From: Amoebidium appalachense
Taxonomy: Eukaryota > Protista > Ichthyosporea
NCBI GenBank assembly: GCA_963693365.1
Contig: CAVNZM010000002.1
Location: forward strand, 13,487,615 to 13,551,614
Length of the DNA stretch: 64,000 bases
Reading direction: 5' to 3'
The notes below the pieces were generated by a model. The model searched no databases, was not told where the DNA came from, and was given only the letters and a program-made list of their open reading frames with translations. Positions 25,198-39,228 of this stretch are shown here, in pieces. How positions within the stretch are numbered: the first letter of the stretch is position 1; the number at the start of each line of letters is the position of its first letter. The position numbers and the translations under genes were made by a program.

Positions 25198-27350
25198 CCT
25201 CAGTACATAGGTGGTAGGCGGAAAGCTGCCTGGAAACTTATCAGACATTCAAAAAATGGAGGGCGAGTGTGGCCACGGCCCGGAAAGCTACCACCATTAA
25301 TATATAATAAGCACTGTAAAGTGCATCCATACTGTGGCACTATTCTTTTTCAGATTAGGTATAGCTATTATTGCTGCAGCAAACGTCATTCTGTACAAGT
25401 GTACAGCCTATGTCGACCGCACCTAGCCTAGCTAGGCCTGGTACTGGTAGCGGCACAATGGGCGTGCGCACGTGGCGCACACACCGCCTCATTGTAGATC
25501 ATACTGTAGATGCTATGATGGTCACGAATAATGAATGATATCTGGAACACATAGCATAGAAGAAACACGGAAAAATATTCGGTTTATGAAGACAACAGCA
25601 TATATTCACAATCACTACTCATTTATACCCCATACTCATGCAGTGCACCCATAACAGGAAGTTACAAATGCAAACGCCAGCGACCTCGTGTTGAACTTGC
25701 TGTGCGCACAACTGTGTGACAGCGCATTACATGATTGGGTACCGCCAATATTGTTTACATGCATGGGATTGGTTCCCTGCACCGATCACCGACCAATAGG
25801 ATACAGCTTCTATTCCTGTCTCAGGCAACATCGAAGCTCAGCGACGGCTCAGCGTGTTCAACCGTGCCCCATAATAATCTACTATGTACCATATAGCAGT
25901 TTGTATTGTATAGCACTTTCTCACAGTATCCGCAACACAGTGCATAAGTATGCAATTATTTGCAATGAAATAATGATTGCAGCAGTAGCAGCACCGTCTC
26001 AGTGGGGGTTCGAACATCGCAATCTGACTCTCTTGAGCTCATAAGTCATGACTCATGACTCCGGCCATGACTCATATGAGATCCGATCCATGGCCAGGGG
26101 CGGGGCATCGTATCCCCAGAATTTTTTTTTCCCCCATAATGATTGATTATGATTCGGAGTTAAGGCTTTCGTTTAAAGGTCAAAGTACTTGTAGGTTATT
26201 CATTTATAAACTAATACCCGGGGGAAGACCTCTAAATATCATTAGACTTTTTGGAGTCCGGACTCTGGGCAGTCTCTGGCTGAATCAATGATTTTGCTGC
26301 TTATAATTTCAACCGTTTGCTATGCACATGTCGTCTGTCAGTTTCCAGATGCTAAGAATTTCGAAATAAGTTTTCTCTGGTGTATGATTATTCAAGTCGT
26401 TATTTACTCTGTATCTGCAAATAAAACAGTATTGTATCTTCTCTCTGAGTTATGTGTGATATTTCGATTGCTTCTTTTTTGATGGGCACATCAATAATTA
26501 TAGAGTCATTATTACATAATATAGAAGAAGAAATAGGGTATGCTTGAGAATAGAACCCCACGACAATGAGGGTATAGATCGATCTCGGGTGTCCTGAATG
26601 TGTGATCAAGTCTAGACTCTAGACCAATGAAATCAACAAACCGCGTTACTATTTGCTATTTTCCACAGTATTTTCATTTACCTGAAGCAAATTATTACAC
26701 TTTAATGCAACCTATAATGGTATGCATTCATTTTTGAATGATTTTTCATGACTTACAATGTGCGTTATTATGTAACTCACAACATATGCTTTTCCCAGGC
26801 CTGGGGCCAGCCAAGTGTGCGGCACGGGGGCGCGTTCATTGGGTCTTGATTCCGATTGGCTACGTATAGCCACCGCAAAGGTATAAACTCAACTCCATGC
26901 CAAGCCAGTCACACATGTAAACAATCAAAAGCTTCCGCCAAGTTGTCGCAAGGTGCTGAGGAAACGAGGTCATATGAAGCTCAACAAGGCTACAAGACTC
27001 ACCAGTCAACAGTGACTCAACAGCCCTCGTCATTGTTTGCAACCCGACGTATTGTTTACTTCTTCACGGGGGAGTATTAGTAACAACAACAAGAACGGAG
27101 GTGAATATATGGGCCTATAGGAACCGGCTAAAGCAACACTAATTGCCAAAATACTGCACGACAGCAATACACCTAGGCTCTGCTCAGAACTACGGATAAC
27201 ACACCCTGCTGACTACCAAAGCCTTTTCTTTTTGTGTATAAGCTACCCTCTCGCTAAGCTCAACTTGCTAGCACCAAGTCCTAGTAATTGCACCACATAC
27301 ATTCTTAACTCGGAGTTATTATAATATACTTGTTCTTCTAGTACATCAAC

Positions 27351-28145
27351 ATGCTCTCAAAACTTCTTCGCTGCAGCCTTGTGGTTGCCACTGCCTTTGG
27401 TACCTCATATGCCGCCCCGGGTGGATGCCCAGGGGGCACACGCCCCGTACTTTCCGTGGACTTTAACGACCACCGTATTGGCGATGACTATGGTGAGTCT
27501 CAGCTCAGACAAGATTTCAAGACTGAGCACAGCAACGGTCACTTTAAACGTGCCTCCATCGCACAGGGCTACAGCGGTTCCGGCTTGCAGATAGACTACC
27601 CGGCGGGGTGTGTGGGGTCATCGTGCACGCTGTGGTTTGCTGCGGACCTACCCAGTACGGAGGAGGTTTTTATCAGCTTCCGTGTCAAGTTCAAGGGAAA
27701 TTTCAAGTTCAATAAGGGGGGTAAACTGCCTGGGGTGTGCGGGGGCAACTGCAACACGGGGTTTGAGCGGTCGAGCGGATATGACGGGTTTTCGGCGCGG
27801 CTCATGTGGCGAGAGAGCGGGCGGATTGTGAGCTATTTATACCACCCCGGCCAGGAACACAAATATGGAGACGATTATGATTGGGGCCAAGAGGTGGCCT
27901 CTGACGAGTGGGTGAGGCTGTCACAGCGTGTAGTTATGAATGACCCCGGAAAGAAGAACGGCATACTCCAGGGTTGGATCGGCAACTCGCTGGTCTACAA
28001 CAGGAAAAATGTTGAGTGGCGGCGCAAAGGATCATTGAAGATCGAGACGTTCCACTTTGCCACTTTCTTTGGTGGGGACTCGCGGTCTTGGGCACCTGAC
28101 TCTCTTCAGACTGCCATTTTTGACGATGTTCTTGTGTGTGCATGA
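27351..28145 (+). CDS. Secreted polysaccharide lyase family 14 (alginate/glucuronan lyase-like), intronless
   Basis: Signal peptide; PL14 motifs FKFNKGGKLPGVCGG, GFSARLMWR..G..VSYLYH, NDPG..NGILQGW and FATFFGG..SWAP in an uninterrupted 264-aa ORF. Confidence 0.9.
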   Translation: MLSKLLRCSLVVATAFGTSYAAPGGCPGGTRPVLSVDFNDHRIGDDYGESQLRQDFKTEHSNGHFKRASIAQGYSGSGLQIDYPAGCVGSSCTLWFAADLPSTEEVFISFRVKFKGNFKFNKGGKLPGVCGGNCNTGFERSSGYDGFSARLMWRESGRIVSYLYHPGQEHKYGDDYDWGQEVASDEWVRLSQRVVMNDPGKKNGILQGWIGNSLVYNRKNVEWRRKGSLKIETFHFATFFGGDSRSWAPDSLQTAIFDDVLVCA

Positions 28146-29388
28146 TTGGTTGCCACAGGGGATGGCGTGGGGAAGGGAGGGGGAGGGGAACACCGTAATG
28201 TGTGCGAAAAATTAGAAGGAAAAGGTGTGCTTGCTACTGTACTTAGTGAGTTCTGAGAGTGTTTCGGAACCATTGAAAATGTTAGTTGCTAAACACCCCA
28301 TGATAAAAGAAAGCCGGTTTACAGTATGCTGTCTAACACGTGTTATAGTATGTAGGTTACACAAACCACTTGTCTGAAAGACTGAAGTGTTCCCACAACT
28401 AGATGGTAATCTTATTACGCATCATCCTCCCCCCAACTATAATCTGAGATCGATCGCCGAATCCGACTATTGATGTACAGTGCATTGCTATAGCTAGGAA
28501 GTTAGTATTATTAGAATTTCATGACGCATAACACAAGCCTGGTAATGTGGTAATGTGTCCCACACATCGGATTGACTTTTAGGAAGTCAAGCATGTGATT
28601 TGTACATTATGTAAATATGGTCGCGGAAATGTGCTCCCTGCAGCTGGAGCCTGATCGGAATCATACACCGACGAATAAAAATTATTAGCAATCATGCTAT
28701 AGTATGTAGATCGGATCATTGAAAATATTAGTGGTTCTGGTGTCCTCCCCCCTCGTTCATGCGTGTCCTTTACACCAGTGTTTTATCTTCGCTGCCCGAA
28801 TGCAGTGGGGTGGAACTTCAAGCGGAAAAAACTTGTGGTGGTGGCTTTCATAATCCCGTTGATTCCTTTTCTTTGTTGCAAAAGGGAGTAGGCCCGAATA
28901 ATGTTTGGTTGGTCCGTTCTCCCCCCCTCCCCTCCCCCCGGGGGCCCTTTTAATGGGCAAAATTTGGGGGGGGGGGGGGGGGGGGGGGGGGGGTATACGG
29001 AGGGGCAAGGGGGGAAAGAGAAACGGGTCAACCCCCTCCCCTCCCCTGTGTGTTTGTAAAGGGGGGGGGGGGGGGGAGGGGTTGGGCCTCGATCAAGGGG
29101 GGAAGGGGGGAGAGGGGGGGATATCGAATATCGGCCGCGGTATTTCGCTTTTTTGGAGATGAGAAATTGACAAGAAATGTCGGGCTATTCCGGACTATAC
29201 GAAAAGGGCCCGTGTATACGTCCTTGGGTTCTAATTCTTGACTACCTTCCCCCCCCCCCTAATTGTTCTCTCTCCGAGGCTGTCTCTCCCAGCTCTCTCT
29301 CCCCTCCCCCTCCCCTCGCTCTATCTTTCCCTCTAGCATAAGTTTAGCCACGGTTGCACCAGGCCGCGGCACCCACCTTCTCTCCAGT

Positions 29389-29422
<34 letters not shown>

Positions 29423-30117
29423 AGTTCTTCCCCCAGCCCTTCCCACCACCCCTTTTTGGGCTAACCATCATAGGGGAGGGGCCTCACGCCACCAAAATCT
29501 GCCCCTCCCCCCCCCCCCCCCCCCCTCCCCCCCCCCTTCGCCCACTTCTCCCCCTTCCCCCACCCCCCACCCCACCCCCTCCCAACCCTTCCCCTCACAC
29601 CAAAATAGAAGAATTCCTTACAAAAGCTGCTGTATGAACAGGTGAGGACACACGCACACGCACGCACACACACACCGTCACACACAAAATACATACACAC
29701 CGTGACACACATGGACGGTGTTACAAACACACACACGCCCACGTACGTGCACACTTACACACACACACACACACACACTTAGGTCAAAGCGTGTGCCACT
29801 ACATTAACGGGCAATCCTGGGCGGTTTTATGTGTACTGCTCGTTTACACAAGTATGTAGTGCAACATTGTCAGCAACTGTTACACTAGCTTGTCCACCCA
29901 TGGCCACAGACACAAAAACACATCCGTGCCACACGTAATACATCCTAATACATCACACAACAATTGCCAGCGGACGTCAACCCTCTATGCGCAACACTTA
30001 CCCACACACACACAAACAGTTTTACACACGTGCGCGCGCACACACACACACACATGTGCACACACACACACACAGACACACACACACACACACACATACA
30101 CACACACACACACACGT

Positions 30118-30172
<55 letters not shown>

Positions 30173-32246
30173 TGTGTGCACACATACATACAATAAAGTG
30201 CATTGATTCCCCCCCCCCCCCCCCCCCCCCCCCCACACACACACAAACAGACAGACACACGCACACACACGGCGAGGGAGGGAGGGACCGAAAGAGAGAG
30301 GGAGGGAGGGAGGGGGAGAGTGAGAGAAGAGAGAGTGAGAGAAGGAGGCAGGGATTGAGGGGGAGGAGGGGAAGAGAGAGAGGGGAGAGAGAGAGAGAGA
30401 GAGAAAGAGAGGGGGGGGGGGGGGGAGGAGAGAGAGAGAGAGAGGGGGGGGGGGGGGGGAGAGGGAGAGAGGGAGGGAGGGAGGGAGGCCTCAGGAAAAG
30501 AGAGAGAGGGAGGGGAGGGGGGGGGGGGGTCAGGGACTCAGGGGGGAGGGATGGTGTGTGAGAGAAGAGAGAGGCGTTTAATTTCAGGGTTCCCACAAAT
30601 TTCTCCTTTTAATTTAATAGACCTTCCCTCCACCCGTATATATAGATACAGGCATCTATATTCGCATCTTTTGATGTTGATAGCCCTGCCACCTGTACCC
30701 CCCCCCCCCCCCCCCCCCCCCCGGGGGCACACGCTTTTTTTTTTCTACATTTGTTGTGCCAAGTTGATAAACTTGGCCAACACAAACCAACCAGCTTGTC
30801 GCCGTAATACATGACGATCTAGAATATTCCGGGTGCTTTTCGGTCTGTCGGCACTGTACTGCCATGCCCATGCAGATGCGAAAGCATGAGGCATGATCAT
30901 GATCCCCAATCAACATGCATGCATATTAGTTGTATGTGTTGGTTTTGAAAATCCAGTCATATTGCAGGGCCAAATATGGATCTATGTAGCGAGTAAAGCC
31001 TGCACTATATATGTTTTTAGTATGTATTGTTGAGGTGATGTGGACAAACGTTTCCCCTCGCCGCCTCACGTGCCCTCGCATTCCTGCTGCATTCTACATC
31101 GCATCGACGCATTCTTGGCGTGCCTAGCGCCTGCCACTCCTGGGCCACACTCTATAAGTACACGACCATCGCCTTCAAACACTGACCAGCGTCGTAAGTA
31201 AATCTCTGATTATGAGAATGCCTGAGACTCCTCTTTTTGTGATGAAATAAATAGAAGGGAAAGGTTACTCCAACACCTCAGGCTGTCCAGCGGCCCTGGC
31301 AGCGGGTATCCTGAAACAGGCGAGCTCCCCATTTTTTTAGCGTCAATGAAATTTGCCAATAGCTAAGACGTAGCAATTTGTGCACAGACACAACCTTTAA
31401 ACCAACCATTTAGAATGATCACACAATAACACCTTTGAGAATGCCTACAAAAAAAACTTAAGGTTTTTGGATGAAAGAAATAGCGTTGCCCTGTAACGTC
31501 AATGCATACCTAAGACGATACGATATGATTACTGGATTCCTAAATCATTAGGGTTTGCTAATGAGCCGCGGTGATTGGTTGATAGTGATTCCAGGAAAAA
31601 TCACTCCGAATTCTTCGAATTCCTACATCACCATTGTGCATTTCCATTGGCTGTTTTTACTGAATAAGTTTTTGGGTACACTTGTCCGGGCAAGTGACAC
31701 GGAGCCGTAAAACGTGGGCAAGTCGCGTGGCCTTTTTACCAAAGTTCCTCACGGATGGCATAGTCAGTCTACCAGATTAGACTGGAAGTAAAGAGCAACC
31801 GAGAGCGCAGGCAGGCGGATTTCAGCTATCAGCGCCCTTGTTGCTGAGTATAGACCTATAAAGTTGTTGTATTGTGGATCATTAGCAACACCGTCCACAT
31901 ATGACCCCCGGGTAGAGGTGAACCTGTTAGTGGCGGGGGTCGAAGATTATTGCCGTGGCCATATGCATGAGTGGCTGGTTGTGCTAGCTAGATAAGACCT
32001 TCATGGTAAGCTGTAATAAATTTTTGTTTTTTCATGAGCTTGTAAATATAATACCGAACCAGGTTTAGCTTACACAGTGGCAACTCTCCTGTTTCAAAGG
32101 AGCTGCACGAAAGAATTCCACGACCACCTGTCAGTTCTTTTGGCTGTGTATACGTAGTAATAAAAACAACACATGAACACCACAAAGACACACATTGCAC
32201 TACAATTACACAACACCTCACATCACTTTACTGGGGCATTTTTAAG

Positions 32247-34477
32247 ATGTCGCCCTTAATAACTTTCTTGTTGTGTGCCCTTCAGGCCACCACAACCCTT
32301 GCAGCCAACCTTACCATACCTGTTGGGTCAGGCACCATTTCAGCCGCTGTGGCCGGTGCTTCCCCAGGAGACACACTTGTATTGCAAAGAGGCACATACA
32401 CCGAAACTAGAACCATCACTATCACAAAACCCCTCAATATCGTTGGGCGGGCAGACAACACAAGTGTAATTGCTGTGGACGCAGACAGGGTGCCCTATGT
32501 AATTTCTGTGCAGAGTGATGCGGCGGAATGGAACGTGTCTTTGGTGCAGATTTTCATTCGGAACACACGCACCGGTAATGAGTGTAACATCACTGAGCCC
32601 TACGCGCTCAATGTGGCGGCCCCAATGGATGTCTACAATGCAACACTGCTTGCTGGATTCGTCAATATTGAAGCAGGTACGATACGAACAAAAAAAATGC
32701 ACTCATCCTTCCCCCCCAACCTGCGCACACACAGACCCAGAAAGAAGGAAAAAAAGAAAAAGTAAAAGAAAGTGCGCAAAAAGGAGAAGATAATATTTAC
32801 GGTCGTTCGACGAAGGAACAGAAGATGCCATGGCCATTGGGGACGAGAGAAGGGTGAAAATAAAGTACATGCTTTTGATATTTCTCTTTTTTTAAATCAG
32901 TCTTGCATACGAAACAGCCAAGGCCCGTTGCCAAGCGCGAAACCGAACATTATGAGGGGATGCATACATTTCTGCCGGCATATTACATAGTTAGCTGGCT
33001 GCTGCACAAATTGTTATCAGAGGATACCATGTATTCACGCACTGAGTGTGTCTATTTTTGCTAATTTGAACTGTTAAGCGTGTAATAACACACTAGTACT
33101 GACGTGCGTACATGTTATTGGTACAGACATGGGGCCGTGGTCCAGCACCCGCAACATGCAAGAGGTACGCGTAGGCACATGCGCCTACCGCTCAGCCAAC
33201 CGTACCACTCTGCAGGGGGCGGTATTTTCACTGCACAGTGCCACGTGCCACGGCCGGCTGGCCTTTCGCGTGGCCTTCGATCGCTTGCGCTCGTGCGGGG
33301 CTGAGGTCGACAGAACCAATCCTCAGTTTGTTGCTTACAAGGTCGCTCTGGACTCCAAGTGGACTGAGACGGTCACGTACGATGCAAAGGGAAAGGTGTG
33401 TGTGGTTTTGTGTTCAACCCCTGTTAGGTAGTATGCGGTAGCGAAAACATTCCGAAATGTTAGTAGGTTTTGGTGATCTGCCGTGACCTCTGTCATTCGT
33501 TATAGCTGATGCTAGACTACGAAAACTCGAAGCAAGTCTATGTGCAAAGAATAGTTGGGAAAAAAGCAAAGAGAGAAAAGGGGGACAGGAGGGGAGGGAG
33601 GGGAAGAAAGGGAGAAAAAGGAGAAAAGAAGATACAGGCGAACGAATGTGAGCGTGTGCAGCGAGAAAAAATTCGCTACATATGAACGTGTGCATATGTA
33701 TTTGTGTGCTGACCATTGTTTTGACCACGACAGAAACTCCTACGAAAGGCGCACCGCGAAGCCACCGCCGCCACGATCATGCGTGTACAGCTAGACCGTG
33801 TGGGGCGGGTCAACGCCACCATAGCCGTGGTCCACGCCACCCCGTATCAGATTCAGGCAGTAATCACAGCCGTCACGCGTCAAGACGATAACACAACAGA
33901 CATAGACGTAGCCCTCCTCCTCCCGTTTCCTTTCTCTATCCCCGTTCCGGCAAGCGGCTCCGTGGCTGCAATAAAAACGGTCGTTCCTGTTAGGGGACTC
34001 ACCAATTGGACGATGACAAGCAGTGTGTGTGATCGTACTCCCCTTCGCGGCGCGTGTGGACAGAGTCTACGTTTCAGTATGGAGGGGTGTCAGATTACGG
34101 GCCAATACATGCTCAATGGTATTTGGACTCAGTGTCAGTTGCATGACTACACGGGTAGCCCACTCAACCCCAACTTCTGCCCGCCGCTGCCGAAAGATGC
34201 TATTGCGATTTCGTTGAATATTGACGCTAGGGACTTTTGCACAAGTAAGAGCAACGTGCTTGGCCTCTTTAAGGCTACCGTCAACCTATGGTAGTTTTCA
34301 ACGCCCCTCCCCCTTCAACCCCCTCGCCCCCCCCCTCCCGCCCCCTCCCCTCTGTCTCCCATCCCCCTTCCCCTCCCTCCCTCACCCCTTGGTCCTCCTC
34401 TCTCTCTCTATTTTTAAACACTGTAGTCCTTCCGCTACCCTTCTTCTTTCAACATAATATTCGATCATGCCATTGCA

Positions 34478-34517
<40 letters not shown>

Positions 34518-35582
34518 CCAGAGGTTAATTGCTAAATTGTGTTCGTGGGACATCTCCCTCGTAGTGAACCAAATTCATTTTTTTCTTCCCTCTGCAAAAT
34601 GTCAATCAAAATCACGCTGTCTTGTTTTGGTACCTGTGAGCGGTTTGTGACCCAAAATAGGGTGCTGATTACTAACGAATAAGACGCAACAACAGGGCCG
34701 ATGCCAACTTCACGCAAAAGCGCACAAGCACCGAGTTCAAACTTGGCCAACCCGTGTACGCATCCGTCGACATCAAGCCGGGCGACAGCGGTATTCAAGT
34801 ACAAAACGGCCAGATCGTAGACATGGTGCGATCAAACGCCGACAACGTAACCAGCGGAAGTAACGACACAAACTGTCCCACCACCACCACCAATGGTACC
34901 AACTTGACTCAGGGGTTTGTGTCAAGCGCACCCGCTGCCGGAAGTTCCGACATGGCGCAGATTCAGACGGCAATCGGCCTGACCACAAGTGTGGCCTGTG
35001 CTGCACCTGCATCCCGCCGTATGTTCTCCCGCCTCCTTTCTCCCCTCCTTCCTCCCCTCCCCTCCCCCCCCCCCCCCACACACACACACGCACACACGCA
35101 CACACCCCTATACACCCCACCTCCTTTACCCCCTCCCCTTCCGCTCCACCTGCCCTAACAGATGATACCATGGCTCGTTTGGTTTCGCACCAATCCATTG
35201 AGAACTCTTTCCGATAACGAATTCCTATCAGCCGATAGCATGTACCGATTACCACCCTTTTTTAAGGTCTTCCTGTAAACTTTACCCATTTGAACCAATT
35301 CATACCTCTAACTCACACGTGCATGTTTTCCACCCACACAGACTTGTCCAACACGGCTACCGTCTACACTGAAAAAGACGAGCAGGGCTACTTCCAAACC
35401 ATCACCCTCGGGGGCCTTAACACGTTCTCAGCCATTATCAACCAGACAAAATCTGTGACGGTGTGTGTTGCTGTAGCCGAAATCTTCACCCTACCCGACT
35501 TTGCCGGGCCCTCCTACGTGCTCACCTCCCTCACGGGGTGCACGGTTTACAATCTCGATGGTATTTGCCCAATCCCTCCCCC

Positions 35583-35623
<41 letters not shown>

Positions 35624-35894
35624 AAATAATAATAATAAAAATAATAATAATAATAAAGAAAGAAAAGAAGAGAAGGAAAGAAGGAAAGAAAAAAAAGAAA
35701 AGAGACCCCAACATAACCTCCGTCACCATCACGACCTATATTAAAAGCCTGAAATCCAGCTGCTTTCCCGCCTTTTACGGTTGTTGGTGGTGGTGTATAT
35801 CTAGACCTTGGGTGGACATAAGGATAAGTGTGTGATTGCTCCATGACGGGTTGAATTGGACTTGCCCCGTACCAGCATAGTCTAACCCCCCCCC

Positions 35895-35925
<31 letters not shown>

Positions 35926-36979
35926 ATACACACACACACCCTCCCCCCCCATCACCCCCCCTGCACAGGCATCACGGGTCCAGCCACAGCCATTGGCTCT
36001 TTGGTGGTCACACAGCCCTTGGCAGCAAAAGTCAAAGGTATTATCTACACCTTCCCCCCCCCCCCCCTCTCCTCCCCCCTTCCCCCCCCCCCCCCCCCCC
36101 CCCCCCCCGCGGCCCCTTCCCCTGCCCAGCCCAATCGAAAAACATAAAACCAGGTGCCAAACTCCTTTTCTCTCGTCTCCCTATGCCCGTATGGAGATAT
36201 TCCTGCACCCCTCTCGACTCTGGATCTCGTTCTCCAATTATTCCCCCCCCCCCCCCCCCCCCCCCCCCCTCCCCCCCCCCCTTCTCCCCCTCCCCAATAC
36301 GGAAACACACCCGCAGGCAGACAGAAAGAAAGAATTCGTCTCACTACCATTGAATATCTTTCCTGCCTGCTCCCTTGCCCCTCCTTCCCATTCCTCCTTC
36401 CCAATATTGCCTCCCCCTCCCCCCCCCCCCTCCCCCCCCCCCCCCCCCCCTCTCCCCCTCCTCCTCCTCCTCCCCCTCCCCCCGGCCCCTCCTCTCCCCA
36501 ACCCCCAACCACCATCACCACCCAAATCTCCCCCCCCCCCCCCCCCCCGCCCCTTTCCCCCCTCCTCCCCCCCCCCCTCCCCCTCCCTCCGGCCCCCCAC
36601 AAATATACATCTCCCCCTTCCTCACCCTCTCTTGCCTTCCTCAGTTGCGCCCGCGCTCGTATCAGCCAGCAGCAGCGGAGATTTCCCAGCTTCCAACATA
36701 GTGGACGGAATTAGGCCCATGGGCGAGTGTTGGTCCTCTGGGCCGGCCGCCTACCCTGCAGTGGCCCTGCAAATGGACTCATATTACCTCGTGGACCATG
36801 TGTTGATCTATGGCCCCGAGGCTGACAGTTTGAAGGTGTGTGTGTGTGTGTGTGTGTTTATAAAGGTGTGCGTGTTTGCCCGGCTTTGGGGGACGAGGCG
36901 GGGGGTCTAGCTCGTCTTGTATTCGAGTCTCATCCTTAGTTTAACCATGCCCCTCCCCCCCCCCCCCCCCCCCCCCCCC

Positions 36980-37033
<54 letters not shown>

Positions 37034-37070
37034 CCCATCCTCCCTCCGCCCCTTGCACCCATCCCCTTCT

Positions 37071-37138
<68 letters not shown>

Positions 37139-39228
37139 CTTTTCCCGTCCCTCCCTGTTGCCTCTCTAGTCCTGTCTTCGCTCACCCTGGCTAATCATTT
37201 CTGCCCCTTCCCACTCCCCCCTCCCCCCTCCCCACCCCCCCCTCCCCACCCGGAAAAAAAAAAAAAATGCAGATTTTTGTTGACGGGCAGGCCTGTGGGG
37301 ATGCATCGGGCTGGCCTGACACTCAGGATGGCGGTGTGCTGGTGGTGTGCCCAGCCAATCTGATTGGTCGAACAGTGAAGCTGGTGTCATTCAGCCCCGA
37401 CACGGACCTGTCTCTGTGTGAAGTCGAGGTCTGGGGCCAGAAGAGTACGTGTGCCCCTCTCCCCCTCCCCAACCCGCTCCTCTTCCCCCCTCCCCTCCCT
37501 GCCTCCCCCTCCCCCCCCCCTCCCCCCCCCCCCCCCCCCCAAAAAAAAAAAAAAAAAAAAAAAAAAGGTCTCGTGTGATGGAGTCTTATCTAATCTGCAC
37601 ACTGCTAGGTTCTGAGGCTGGTAGCTACAGCTACATTTTGCAGAATATCTACAGAATACTCATGTATTCCATCCCACGTGGACACCTTCACCATGACGTT
37701 CCGTAGCTATAATCAGCAAATTTCCTACCACACAGCTACATGTTCTAACCCACACATCCACCCAAACACAGTGCCCAGCTATGTTCCGCCTGCCGGGGTC
37801 CCCACGGATATCAGTATCCCTACAGATGTGCCATCCACCCCCGTCGACACCAACACATCGACAGATACTGCCGCACCTACAGCCACCGACAAACCCACCG
37901 TATTGGCTCCCGTCTCGTCGGACACAATTGCGACCAATAAGGACACGACGACGGCACAGGTGACGACCAAACAAGACACTACAAGCACGTCGCTATCCAA
38001 TGAAATGGCGCAGGCTACCAACTCTCCCACCCTATTGGCTCCAGTCGTGTCGGACACAATTGCGACCAATAAGGACACTACGAGGGCACAGGTGGCGACC
38101 AAACAAGACACTGCAAGCACGTCGCTATCCGATGAAATGATGCAGGCTACCAACGCTCCCACCCTATTGGCTCCCGTCGTGTCGGACACAACCAACAAGG
38201 ACACGACGGCAGGAGAGGCGGCAACCAATCAAAATGCTGCAAATAATCTGCTATCCAATGAAATGGCGCAGGCTACCGATCAAGCGGTTCAGAACAACAC
38301 AAACACAAACACTGCACTTCGCAGGCGCGCCACCGTGGCCCCCAGCAATAAAGGTAAATCTACCACCGGATTGGCTAAGGACGGGAGGGTGGTTAGCGCG
38401 ATCCAATTTGAGTTTAAGATCCAAGTCGATTACGTCGATCGGAAGGGTGCGGCACGTAGACGCAGACACACATTCACCGCCCGTGCTGCGAGCGAATCTG
38501 CATCGGCACAATCACCCCCTCTCTCCATTGCATACGACAACGTTGAATTCAACACACAGAAGCAATGGGAGGCCGTAAACCCGGAACCCATTCAAGAAAC
38601 ACAGGATGACGGATTGGTAATGGTGGCCGCCGGCGTGTCCGGGGTTCTGCTATTTTTGGGATGTGGCGTGTGCACGGGTATAATGGCAACCATGTACGTA
38701 CGCCTGGGCCGGTTGAGAAGAAAGGTGGCTATGGAATCAAGACTGGTTGGATTTAGCGCAACGGGGGGCCTGGCCCAATCATCTTCTGACATTAAATGCT
38801 CCAACCTATCACGTACGAGCAGTACGAGCAGTACCGCAAAACTTTTGTCAATGAACGGCGAACGAAGGGGATCGAACGAATCGCATGTTTCTATTTCCGG
38901 CCACCGTAATTCTGTCTCTGTTTCTAGCGTGGGGAGTGATTCGTCATTGCACGGATCGAGGAGAGGTAGCGATAATAATAGACTGGTTTCTACGTGGTCT
39001 AATAGTAATTTGGCCGAAGTTGGTAGAAGGAATTCGCTAGAAAAGTTGTATGGGGGGCAGGTTCAAAATATGGAAAAGGCAGTTGGTAGAAGGAATTCGC
39101 TAGAAAAGTTGTATGGGGGGCAGGTGCAAAATATGGAAAATGCATTGGCCGGGAGGATGCAAGGTAATGGTAATGGGTTGGGGAGAAAGGGATCGAATGT
39201 GTCCCTCATTAGTATGCCTTCGGTATAG
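32247..39228 (+). CDS. Large multi-exon type I membrane protein: signal peptide, beta-helix-like start, Cys-rich domains, fucolectin/F5-8C-like domain, Thr-rich repeats, TM helix, Ser-rich tail
   Basis: TISAAVAGASPGDTLVLQRGTY...ITKPLNIVG. Exons at ~33127-33395, 33734-34290, 34684-35018, 35342-35560, 36646-36836 (ASNIVDG..CWSS), 37273-37445 (CP.NLIGRTVKL...LSLCEVEVWG). Terminal ORF 37678-39228 with RRRR site and TM LVMVAAGVSGVLLFLGCGVCTGIMATMYV. Confidence 0.75.
37890..38280 (+). repeat. Three ~120-bp coding repeats in the stalk
   Basis: PT(V/L)LAPVxSDT..TNKDTT.AQ..TKQDT.STSLS.EM.QAT repeated three times. Confidence 0.85.

Noticed and set aside
25990-26045. B-box-like GTTCGAACC on the minus strand (tRNA or SINE)
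   Set aside because: No A box or cloverleaf could be built.
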